Origin: Eledone cirrhosa
Lineage: Eukaryota
Assembly (NCBI GenBank): GCA_964016885.1
Contig: OZ024748.1
Location: forward strand, 41,664,001 to 41,728,000
Length of the DNA: 64,000 nt
Reading direction: 5' to 3'
Shown: positions 13,301 to 25,602 of the stretch, in pieces
How positions within the stretch are numbered: position 1 is the first letter of the stretch
How the letters are laid out: each line of letters starts with the position of its first letter
Position numbers and translations under genes: made by a program
Notes under the pieces: model-generated
What the model saw: only the letters and a program-made list of their open reading frames with translations
Database searches by the model: none
What the model was told of the DNA's origin: nothing

Positions 13301-16300
13301 AGTGATGGTAGTGATGGTAGTGATGGCAGTGATGGTAGTGATGGTAGTGATGGCAGTGATGGTAGTGATGGCAGTGATGGTAGTGATGGCAGTGATGGCA
13401 GTGGTGACAGTGGTGACAGTGATGGTAGTGATGGTAGTGATGGTAGTGATGGTAGTGATGACAGTGATGGTAGTGATGGTAGTGATGACAGTGATGGTAG
13501 TGATGGTAGTGATGACAGTGATGGTAGTGATGGTAGTGATGACAGTGATGGTAGTGATGACAGTGATGGCAGTGATGGTAGTGATGGTAGTGATGGCAGT
13601 GATGGTAGTGATGGTAGTGATGGCAGTGATGGTAGTGATGACAGTGATGGTAGTGATGACAGTGATGGTAGTGATGGCAGTGATGGTAGTGATGGTAGTG
13701 ATGACAGTGATGGTAGTGATGACAGTGATGGCAGTGATGGCAGTGATGGTAGTGATGGCAGTGATGGTAGTGATGGTAGTGATGAGTGATGGCAGTGATG
13801 GCAGTGATGGTAGTGATGGCAGTGATGGCAGTGATGGTAGTGATGACAGTGGTGACAGTGATGGTAGTGATGGCAGTGATGGTAGTGATGGCAGTGATGG
13901 TAGTGATGGCAGTGATGACAGTGATGACAGTGATGGTAGTGATGGTAGTGATGGCAGTGGTGACAGTGATGGTAGTGATGGCAGTGATGGTAGTGATGGC
14001 AGTGATGGTAGTGATGGTAGTGATGGCAGTGATGGTAGTGATGACAGTGGTGACAGTGATGGTAGTGATGGTAGTGATGGTAGTGATGACAGTGATGGTA
14101 GTGATGACAGTGATGACAGTGATGGTAGTGATGGCAGTGATGGTAGTGATGACAGTGATGGCAGTGATGGTAGTGATGGTAGTGATGACAGTGGTGACAG
14201 TGATGGTAGTGATGGTAGTGATGGCAGTGATGGTAGTGATGACAGTGGTGACAGTGATGGTAGTGATGGTAGTGATGGTAGTGATGACAGTGATGGTAGT
14301 GATGACAGTGATGACAGTGATGGTAGTGATGGTAGTGATGGTAGTGATGGCAGTGATGGTAGTGATGACAGTGATGGCAGTGATGGTAGTGATGGTAGTG
14401 ATGGTAGTGATGACAGTGGTGACAGTGATGGTAGTGATGGTAGTGATGGTAGTGATGGTAGTGATGGTAGTGATGGCAGTGATGGCAGTGGTGACAGTGA
14501 TGGTAGTGATGGTAGTGATGGTAGTGATGGCAGTGGTGACAGTGATGGTAGTGATGGTAGTGATGGTAGTGATGGCAGTGATGACAGTGATGGTAGTGAT
14601 GGCAGTGGTGACAGTGATGGTAGTGATGGCAGTGATGGTAGTGATGGCAGTGATGGTAGTGATGGCAGTGATGGTAGTGATGGTAGTGATGGCAGTGATG
14701 GTAGTGATGACAGTGATGGTAGTGATGACAGTGATGGCAGTGATGGCAGTGATGACAGTGATGGTAGTGAAGGCAGTGATGACAGTGATGGTAGTGATGG
14801 CAGTGGTGACAGTGATGGTAGTGATGGCAGTGATGGTAGTGATGGCAGTGATGGTAGTGATGGTAGTGATGGCAGTGATGGTAGTGATGGTAGTGATGGC
14901 AGTGATGGTAGTGATGGTAGTGATGGTAGTGATGACAGTGGTGACAGTGATGGCAGTGATGGCAGTGATGGCAGTGATGGCAGTGATGGTAGTGATGACA
15001 GTGATGGCAGTGATGGTAGTGATGGCAGTGATGGCAGTGATGGCAGTGATGGTAGTGATGACAGTGGTGACAGTGATGGCAGTGATGGCAGTGATGGTAG
15101 TGATGGCAGTGATGGTAGTGATGACAGTGATGGCAGTGATGGTAGTGATGGTAGTGATGGCAGTGATGGTAGTGATGGCAGTGATGGCAGTGATGGTAGT
15201 CATGGCAGTGATGGTAGTGATGGCAGTGATGGCAGTGATGGTAGTGATGGTAGTGATGACAGTGATGGCAGTGATGGTAGTGATGGTAGTGATGGCAGTG
15301 ATGGTAGTGATGGCAGTGATGACAGTGATGGTAGTGATGGCAGTGATGGTAGTGATGGCAGTGATGGTAGTGATGGTAGTGATGACAGTGATGGTAGTGA
15401 TGGCAGTGATGGTAGTGATGGCAGTGATGACAGTGATGGTAGTGATGGCAGTGATGGTAGTGATGACAGTGATGGTAGTGATGGCAGTGATGACAGTGAT
15501 GACAGTGATGGTAGTGATGACAGTGATGACAGTGATGACAGTGATGGTAGTGATGACAGTGATGGCAGTGATGACAGTGATGGTAGTGATGGTAGTGATG
15601 ACAGTGGTGACAGTGATGGTAGTGATGACAGTGATGGTAGTGATGGTAGTGATGACAGTGATGGTAGTGATGACAGTGATGGTAGTGATGACAGTGATGG
15701 TAGTGATGGTAGTGAAGACAGTGGTGACAGTGATGGTAGTGATGGCAGTGATGGTAGTGATGGTAGTGATGGCAGTGATGGTAGTGATGGCAGTGATGAC
15801 AGTGGTGACAGTGATGGTAGTGATGGCAGTGATGGTAGTGATGGCAGTGATGACAGTGGTGACAGTGATGGTAGTGATGGCAGTGATGGTAGTGATGGTA
15901 GTGATGGCAGTGATGGTAGTGATGACAGTGATGGTAGTGATGGCAGTGATGGTAGTGATGGCAGTGATGGCAGTGATGGTAGTGATGGTAGTGATGGTAG
16001 TGATGGTAGTGATGGCAGTGATGGCAGTGATGGTAGTGATGGCAGTGATGGTAGTGATGGTAGTGATGACAGTGATGGTAGTGATGGCAGTGATGGTAGT
16101 GATGGTAGTGATGACAGTGATGACAGTGATGGTAGTGATGGCAGTGATGGTAGTGATGGTAGTGATGACAGTGATGACAGTGATGGTAGTGATGGCAGTG
16201 ATGACAGTGGTGACAGTGATGGTAGTGATGGTAGTGATGGTAGTGATGGTAGTGATGGCAGTGATGACAGTGATGGTAGTGATGACAGTGATGGTAGTGA

Positions 16301-19300
16301 TGGCAGTGATGGTAGTGATGGTAGTGATGGCAGTGATGGTAGTGATGGTAGTGATGGTAGTGATGGTAGTGATGGCAGTGATGGTAGTGATGGCAGTGAT
16401 GGTAGTGATGGTAGTGATGGCAGTGATGGTAGTGATGACAGTGATGGTAGTGATGGCAGTGATGGTAGTGATGGCAGTGATGGTAGTGGTGGCAGTGATG
16501 GCAGTGATGGTAGTGATGGTAGTGATGGTAGTGATGGTAGTGATGGCAGTGGTGACAGTGATGGTAGTGATGGTAGTGATGGTAGTGATGGTAGTGATGG
16601 CAGTGATGGTAGTGATGGTAGTGATGGTAGTGATGGCAGTGATGGTAGTGATGACAGTGATGGCAGTGATGGTAGTGATGACAGTGATGGTAGTGATGGT
16701 AGTGATGACAGTGATGGCAGTGATGGTAGTGATGGCAGTGATGGTAGTGATGGTAGTGATGGTAGTGATGGCAGTGATGGTAGTGATGACAGTGATGGCA
16801 GTGATGGTAGTGATGACAGTGATGGTAGTGATGGTAGTGATGACAGTGATGGTAGTGATGACAGTGATGGTAGTGATGACAGTGATGGTAGTGATGGTAG
16901 TGATGACAGTGATGGTAGTGATGACAGTGATGGTAGTGATGGCAGTGATGGTAGTGATGACAGTGATGGCAGTGATGGCAGTGATGACAGTGATGGTAGT
17001 GATGACAGTGATGGTAGTGATGACAGTGATGGTAGTGATGACAGTGATGACAGTGATGGTAGTGATGGTAGTGATGACAGTGATGGTAGTGATGACAGTG
17101 ATGGTAGTGATGACAGTGATGGTAGTGATGGTAGTGATGACAGTGATGGTAGTGATGGCAGTGATGACAGTGATGGTAGTGATGGCAGTGATGGTAGTGA
17201 TGACAGTGATGGTAGTGATGGCAGTGATGACAGTGATGGTAGTGATGGCAGTGATGGTAGTGATGACAGTGATGGTAGTGATGACAGTGATGGTAGTGAT
17301 GGCAGTGATGACAGTGATGGTAGTGATGACAGTGATGGTAGTGATAAGAGTGATGGTAGTGATGAGAGTGATGGTAGTAATGGCAGTGATGGTAGGGATG
17401 GCAGTGATGGCAGTGATGGTAGTGATGACAGTGATGGTAGTGATGGCAGTGATGGTAGTGATGGTAGTGATGGTAGTGATGACAGTGATGGTAGTGATGG
17501 CAGTGATGGTAGTGATGGTAGTGATGACAGTGATGGTAGTGATGGTAGTGATGGTAGTGATGGCAGTGATGGTAGTGATGACAGTGATGGTAGTGATGAC
17601 AGTGATGGTAGTGATGGCAGTGATGGTAGTGATGGTAGTGATGGTAGTGATGGCAGTGATGGTAGAGATGACAGTGATGGTAGTGATGGCAGTGATGGTA
17701 GTGATGACAGTGATGGTAGTGATGGCAGTGATGGTAGTGATGGCAGTGATGGTAGTGATGACAGTGATGACAGTGATGGTAGTGATGACAGTGATGGTAG
17801 TGATGACAGTGATGGTAGTGATGGTAGTGATGGTAGTGATGGCAGTGATGGGAGTGATGACAGTGATGGCAGTGATGGTAGTGATGACAGTGATGGTAGT
17901 GATGGTAGTGATGGCAGTGATGGCAGTGATGGGAGTGATGACAGTGATGGCAGTGATGGTAGTGATGGTAGTGATGGTAGTGATGGCAGTGATGGTAGTG
18001 ATGGTAGTGATGGCAGTGATGGTAGTGATGGTAGTGATGGCAGTGATGGTAGTGATGGCAGTGGTGACAGTGATGGTAGTGATGACAGTGATGGGAGTGA
18101 TGACAGTGATGGTAGTGATGGTAGTGATGGGAGTGATGACAGTGATGGTAGTGATGGTAGTGATGGTAGTGGTGACAGTGATGGTAGTGATGGCAGTGAT
18201 GGGAGTGATGACAGTGATGGTAGTGATGGTAGTGATGGTAGTGGTGACAGTGATGGTAGTGATGGGAGTGATGAGTGATGGTAGTGATGGTAGTGATGGT
18301 AGTGATGACAGTGATGGTAGTGATGGTAGTGATGGCAGTGATGGTAGTGATGGCAGTGATGGTAGTGATGGTAGTGATGGTAGTGATGACAGTGATGACA
18401 GTGATGGTAGTGATGGCAGTGGTGACAGTGATGGTAGTGATGACAGTGATGGTAGTGATGGCAGTGATGGTAGTGATGACAGTGATGGTAGTGATGGTAG
18501 TGATGACAGTGATGGTAGTGATGGTAGTGATGACAGTGATGGTAGTGATGACAGTGATGGTAGTGATGACAGTGGTGACAGTGATGGTAGTGATGACAGT
18601 GATGACAGTGATGGCAGTGATGGTAGTGATGGTAGTGATGACAGTGATGGTAGTGATGGTAGTGATGGCAGTGGTGACAGTGATGGCAGTGATGGGAGTG
18701 ATGGTAGTGATGGTAGTGATGGCAGCGATGGCAGTGATGACAGTGATGACAGTGATGGTAGTGATGACAGTGATGGTAGTGATGACAGTGATGACAGTGA
18801 TGGTAGTGATGGCAGTGATGGTAGTGATGGTAGTGATGACAGTGGTGACAGTGATGGTAGTGATGACAGTGGTGGTAGTGATGGTAGTGATGACAGTGAT
18901 GGTAGTGATGGTAGTGATGGCAGTGATGGTAGTGATGACAGTGATGACAGTGATGGTAGTGATGACAGTGATGACAGTGATGACAGTGATGGTAGTGATG
19001 GTAGTGATGACAGTGATGACAGTGATGACAGTGATGGTAGTGATGGCAGTGATGGTAGTGATGACAGTGATGGTAGTGATGGTAGTGATGGTAGTGATGG
19101 CAGTGATGGTAGTGATGGCAGTGATGGTAGTGATGACAGTGATGGTAGTGATGACAGTGATGGTAGTGATGGTAGTGATGACAGTGATGGTAGTGATGAC
19201 AGTGATGGTAGTGATGACAGTGATGGTAGTGATGACAGTGATGGTAGTGGTGGGAGTGATGACAGTGATGGTAGTGCTGACGGTGATGGTAGTGATGGCA

Positions 19301-21368
19301 GTGATGGTAGTGATGGCAGTGATGGTAGTGATGGCAGTGATGGTCGTGATGGTAGTGATGACAGTGATGGTAGTGATGACAGTGATGGTAGTGATGACAG
19401 TGATGGTAGTGATGGTAGTGATGACAGTGATGGTAGTGATGACAGTGATGGTAGTGATGGCAGTGATGGTAGTGATGACAGTGATGGTAGTGATGGTAGT
19501 GATGACAGTGATGGTAGTGATGACAGTGATGGTAGTGATGGCAGTGATGGTAGTGATGACAGTGATGGTAGTGATGACAGTGATGGTAGTGATGGTAGTG
19601 ATGAGTGATGACAGTGATGGCAGTGATGGTAGTGATGACAGTGATGGTAGTGATGACAGTGATGGTAGTGATGACAGTGATGGTAGTGATGACAGTGATG
19701 GAAGTGGTGGGAATGATGACAGTGATGGTAGTGCTGACGGTGATGGTAGTGATGGCAGTGATGGTAGTGATGACAGTGATGGTAGTGATGGTAGTGATGG
19801 TAGTGATGACAGTGATGGTAGTGATGACAGTGATGGTAGTGATGACAGTGATGGTAGTGATGACAGTGATGGTAGTGATGGTAGTGATGACAGTGATGAC
19901 AGTGATGGTAGTGATGACAGTGATGACAGTGATGGTAGTGATGGTAGTGATGGTAGTGATGACAGTGATGACAGTGATGACAGTGATGACAGTGATGGTA
20001 GTGATGGTAGTGATGGCAGTGATGGTAGTGATGACAGTGATGGTAGTGATGGTAGTGATGGCAGTGATGGTAGTGATGACAGTGATGACAGTGATGACAG
20101 TGATGGTAGTGATGACAGTGATGGCAGTGATGGTAGTGATGACAGTGATGGTAGTGATGACAGTGATGGTAGTGATGGTAGTGATGGTAGTGATGGCAGT
20201 GATGGTAGTGATGGCAGTGATGGTAGTGATGACAGTGATGGTAGTGGTGGGAGTGATGACAGTGATGGTAGTGATGACAGTGAGGGTAGTGGTGGGAGTG
20301 ATGACAGTGATGGTAGTGATGACAGTGATGGTAGTGGTGGGAGTGATGACAGTGATGGTAGTGATGGCAGTGATGGTAGTGATGACAGTGATGACAGTGA
20401 TGGTAGTGATGGCAGTGATGGTAGTGATGACAGTGATGGTAGTGGTGGGCGTGATGACAGTGATGGTAGTGATGACAGTGAGGGTAGTGGTGGTGGTGAT
20501 GACAGTGATGGTAGTGATGACAGTGATGGTAGTGGTGGTAGTGATGGCAGTGATGGTAGTGGTGGTAGTGATGACAGTGATGGTAGTGATGACAGTGATG
20601 GTAGTGATGGTAGTGGTGGGAGTGATGACAGTGATGGTAGTGATGACAGTGATGGTAGTGGTGGTAGTGATGACAGTGATGGTAGTGATGACAGTGATGG
20701 TAGTGATGACAGTGATGGTAGTGATGGTAGTGATGGTAGTGGTGGGAGTGATGACAGTGATGGTAGTGATGACAGTGATGGTAGTGATGGTAGTGGTGGG
20801 AGTGATGACAGTGATGGTAGTGATGACAGTGATGGTAGTGGTGGTAGTGATGACAGTGATGGTAGTGGTGGTAGTGATGACAGTGATGGTAGTGATGGTA
20901 GTGATGGTAGTGGTGGGAGTGATGACAGTGATGGTAGTGATGACAGTGATGACAGTGAGGGTAGTGGTGGTAGTGATGACAGTGATGGTAGTGATGACAG
21001 TGATGGCAGTGATGGTAGTGATGAGTGATGGCAGTGATGACAGTGATGGTAGTGATGACAGTGGTGGTAGTGATGACAGTGAGGGTAGTGGTGGTAGTGA
21101 TGACAGTGATGGTAGTGATGGTAGTGATGACAGTGATGAGTGATGGCAGTGATGACAGTGATGGTAGTGATGACAGTGGTGGTAGTGATGACAGTGAGGG
21201 TAGTGGTGGTAGTGATGACAGTGATGGTAGTGATGACAGTGATGGTAGTGGTGGTAGTGATTGTAGTGGTGGTAGTGATGGTAGTGATGGTAGTGATGAC
21301 AGTGATGGTAGTGATGACAGTGAGGGTAGTGGTGGTAGTGAGGGTAGTGGTGGTAGTGGTGGTAGTGA
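7365..21368. repeat. ~14 kb 9-bp satellite AGTGAT(GGT/GGC/GAC); grades into (GGT/GAT)n at the left end and AGTGGTGGT units at the right end
   Basis: About 1500 visible units in three main variants; sporadic 7-bp units shift the frame. Confidence 0.98.
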
Positions 21369-21416
21369 TTATGATGAATATAATTGCAACCGTTGAAGTG
21401 GTGAGGTGGAACTTAC

Positions 21417-21517
21417 CCAAGGAAATATTCAGTCAATTTCTTCAGTTTACTCTTTTGATATTTGAATCCAGAAAGGTTGTAAATGGTACTGGTGTCGATA
21501 ACATAGGGGTGGAACAT
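21417..21517 (-). CDS. REXO5: REXO5-like exon: MFHPYVIDTSTIYNLSGFKYQKSKLKKLTEYFLG
   Basis: Acceptor gtcttctacctgtag|ATG and donor TGG|gtaagt; 101 nt, phase 0 to 2; HPYVIDTS and xLKxL...LG are conserved in REXO1/REXO5 exonuclease domains. Confidence 0.95.
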
Positions 21518-23600
21518 CTACAGGTAGAAGACAGGTAATAACATAGGGGTGGAACATCTACAGGTAGAAGACAGGTAATAACATAGGGGTGGGACATCTA
21601 CAGGTAGAAGACAGGTAATAACATAGGGGTGGGACATCTACAGGTAGAAGACAGGTAATAACATAGGAGTGGAACATCTACAGGTAGAAGACAGCTAATA
21701 ACATAGGGGTGTGACATCTCCAGGTAGAAGACAGGTAATAACAAACATGTAGGACATCTACAGGTAGAAGACAGGTAATAACATAGGAGTGGGACATCTA
21801 CAGGTAGAAGACGGGTAATAACATAGGGGTGTGACATCTATAGGTAGAAGACAGGTAATAACATAGGGGTGGGACATCTACAGGTAGTAACATAGGGGTG
21901 GAACATCTACAGGTAAAAGACAGGTAATAACATAGGGGTGGAACATCTACAGGTAGAAGACAGGTAGTAACATAGGGGTGGAACATCTACAGGTAAAACA
22001 CAAGTAATAACATAGGGGTGGAACATCTACAGGTAGAAGACAGGTAATGACATAGGAGTGGGACATCTACAGGTAGAAGACAGGTAATGACATAGGAGTG
22101 GGACATCTACAGGTAGAAGACGGGTATTAACATAGGAGTGGGACATCTACAGGTAGAAGACGGGTATTAACATAGGAGTGGGACATCTACAGGTAGAAGA
22201 CGGGTATTAACATAGGAGTGGGACATCTACAGGTAGAAGACAGGTAATAACATAGGAGTGTGACATCTATAGGGAGAAGACAGGTAATAATATAGGAGTG
22301 GGACATCTACAGGTAGAAGACAGGTAATAACATAGGAGTGTGACATCTATAGGGAGAAGACAGCTAATAACATAGGAGTGGGACATCTACAGGTAGAAGA
22401 CAGGTAATAACATAGGAGTGTGACATCTATAGGGAGAAGACAGGTAATAACATAGGGGTGGGACATCTACAGGTAGAAGACAGGTAATAACATAGGGGTG
22501 GAACATCTACAGGTAGAAGACAGGTAATAACATAGGAGTGGGACATATATAGGGAGAAGACAGGTAATAACATAGGAGTGGGACATCTACAGGTAGAAGA
22601 CAGGTAATAACATAGGAGTGTGACATCTATAGGGAGAAGACAGGTAATAACATAGGGGTGGGACATCTACAGGTAGAAGACAGGTAATAACATAGGGGTG
22701 GAACATCTACAGGTAGAAGACAGGTAATAACATAGGAGTGGGACATCTACAGGTAGAAGACAGGTAATAACATAGGAGTGGGACATCTACAGGTAGAAGA
22801 CAGGTAATAACATAGGGGTGGGACATCTACAGGTAGAAGACAGGTAATAACATAGGGGTGGGACATCTACAGGTAGAAGACAGCTAATAACATAGGGGTG
22901 GGACATCTACAGGTAGAAGACAGGTAATAACAACAGGTAGGACATTGACAGGTAGAAGACAGGTAATAACATAGGAGTGGGACATCTACAGGTAGAAGAC
23001 AGGTAATAACATAGGGGTGGAACATCTACAGGTAGAAGACAGGTAATAACATAGGGGTGGAACATCTACAGGTAGAAGACAGGTAATAACAAACATGTAG
23101 GACATCTACAGGTAGAAGATACGTAATAACATAGGAGTGGGACATCTACAGGTAGAAGACGGGTATTAACATAGGGGTGGGGCATCCACAGGTAGAAGAC
23201 AGGTAATAACATAGGGGTGGGACATCTACAGGTAGAAGACAGCTAATAACATAGGGGTGGGGCATCCACAGGTAGAAGACAGGTAATAACATAGGGCTGG
23301 GGCATCCACAGGTAGAAGACAGGTAATAACATAGGGGTGGGACATCTACAGGTAGAAGACCGGTAATAACAAACATGTAGGACATCTACAGGTAGAAGAT
23401 ACGTAATAACATAGGAGTGGGACATCTACAGGTAGAAGACAGGTAATAACATAGGGGTGGGACATCTACAGGTAGAAGACAGGTAATAACATAGGGGTGG
23501 GACATCTACAGGTAGAAGACAGCTAATAATATAGGGGTGGGGCATCCACAGGTAGAAGACAGGTAATAACAAACATGTAGGACATCTAAAGGTAGAAGAC
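21498..23600 (-). repeat. 40-bp minisatellite made of the REXO5 3' splice site plus exon start (minus: ATGTTCCACCCCTATGTTATTACCTGTCTTCTACCTGTAG), ~52 copies
   Basis: The first 20 nt of the unit equal the first 20 nt of the exon (21517-21498) and the unit ends in the acceptor TAG. Confidence 0.96.
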
Positions 23601-23826
23601 TTAGACAGACAATTTTTCATATTAAATTGCTCAGGTAACTTTTAGTCTTTCATTTTCCTTCTCCCACCTTTGTTTCTACCTCAAATATCTCAAAATTTCT
23701 TTCTGACTTGTTACCTTGGTAATCTAACCCCCCTGGATTGTACGGCTCTCTAAACACACGTACCCACTTTTCAGTTTCATCTCCCACATTGCTTCAAGCA
23801 AACTATCACACCTTATTATATATATA

Positions 23827-24192
23827 TATAGTAAAATAAAATAAAACAAGGACGAATGGTTACTCCTTCATTACGTTTATTGATTGGTGTCTCACGTTTC
23901 GCCACTGATCAGCTCATGGTTCGATCTGTATCGATCTAGCCCGACTCTGTAATCCACGGCATATCAGACCCCTTACAATGTAAGGGGTCTGACATGATCG
24001 ATACAGATCGAAGCTTGAGCTGATCAGTGGCGACACGCGCGTCTCCCATCAATAAACGTAATTAAGGAGTAACCAATCGTCCTTGTTTTATTTTATTTTA
24101 CTATAATACACTGTCTAGCTCAACTGAAGTGAACCTAAACATCGAGTGCTCACCCGGGCGAACCTACAGTAACTCCAAGTTACACTCCCTGG
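23827..24192. mobile_element. Fold-back element inside (TA)n; probably inverted Penelope-like pseudo-LTR copies with degenerate hammerhead cores (MITE is an alternative)
   Basis: ~110-bp imperfect inverted arms (23827-23936 and 23996-24105), a perfect 14-bp central hairpin (23964-23992), GGCGA[A/C]AC...AATAAA in each arm, and TA-repeat flanks. Confidence 0.6.
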
Positions 24193-24608
24193 ATATATAT
24201 ATATTGTGCCTAAATCAGAAACCCTTATAACTACAAACATTTTAAGGCCAATTTCCCTTGCAAGAGCCCATGACAAACTTCACCCATCATGGGGTCTCTT
24301 CTGAGACAATGTTTTACAGCAGATATCCTTTCTAACACAAGTCATTTAATCATGTCTTATGAGACACAGTGATACAATCTACCAACTATAAAACAGATAT
24401 AGTGTGTTTATTATGTTCAAAGATTTAGATAAAAATTTATTATAAGGAATTATAATAGAAATAGAAATTAGAATTTAAAAAGACATTTAAACCGGCCATA
24501 TCCAGTCAGAATTTTCTCACCTCTTTTTGTTCAAACTGGTTGTAACTGGCCATTCATACTAATGTTAAGGTATTCTCAAAATAAATAATATCAAAATCTC
24601 ATAGATTC

Positions 24609-25602
24609 GATATTATGTGAGATAAAGCCTTTACCATGAAAATACAATAGTATATATAGAGTAATGTAAATGTTATGTGAAATATTATGTGAGGTAAAGC
24701 CTTTACTGTGAAAATATAATAGTATATATAGAGTAATGTAAATGTTATGTGAGATATTATGTGAGGTAAATCCTTTACTGTGAAAATACAATAGTATATA
24801 TAGAGTAATGTAAATGTTATGTGAGATATTATGTGAGATAAAGCCTTTACTGTGAAAATACAATAGTATATATAGAGAGTAATGTAAATGTTATGTGAGA
24901 TATTATGTGAGGTAAAGCCTTTACTGTGAAAATACAATAGTATATATAGAGAGTAATGTAAATGTTATGTGAGATATTATGTGAGGTAAAGCCTTTACTG
25001 TGAAAAAATAATAGTATATATAGAGTAATGTAAATGTTATGTGAGATATTATGTGAGGTAAAGCCTTTACTGTGAAAATACAATAGTATATATAGAGTAA
25101 TGTAAATGTTATGTGAGATATTACGTGAGATAAAGCCTTTACTGTGAAAATACAATAGTATATATAGAGAGTAATGTAAATGTTATGTGAGATATTATGT
25201 GAGGTAAAGCCTTTACTGTGAAAATACAATAGTATATATAGAGAGTAATGTAAATGTTATGTGAGATATTATGTGAGGTAAAGCTTTTACTGTGAAAATA
25301 TAATAGTATATATAGAGTAATGTAAATGTTATGTGAGATATTATGTGAGGTAAAGCCTTTACTGTGAAAATACAATAGTATATATAGAGTAATGTAAATG
25401 TTATGTGAGATATTATGTGAGGTAAAGCCTTTACTGTGAAAATACAATAGTATATATATAGAGTAATGTAAATGTTATGTGAGATATTATGTGAGATAAA
25501 GCCTTTACTGTGAAAATACAACAGTATATATAGAGAGTAATGTAAATGTTATGTGAGATATTATGTGAGGTAAAGCCTTTACTGTGAAAATACAATAGTA
25601 TA
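24609..25602. repeat. 72/74-bp satellite (TTTACTGTGAAAATACAATAGTATATATAGAGTAATGTAAATGTTATGTGAGATATTATGTGAGGTAAAGCC), left part
   Basis: Visible tandem copies. Confidence 0.96.

Noticed and set aside
7357-21420. 4687-aa and other giant ORFs (His/Cys, Ser/Leu/Pro, Thr/Ile, Val/Met rich)
   Set aside because: The 9-mer has almost no stop codons on the minus strand, and the reading frame drifts at the 7-bp units. Read-through of the real exon frame stops at once (CTT GGG TAA).
21498-23600. CRISPR-like array
   Set aside because: No unique spacers, no cas genes, and the context is a eukaryotic intron
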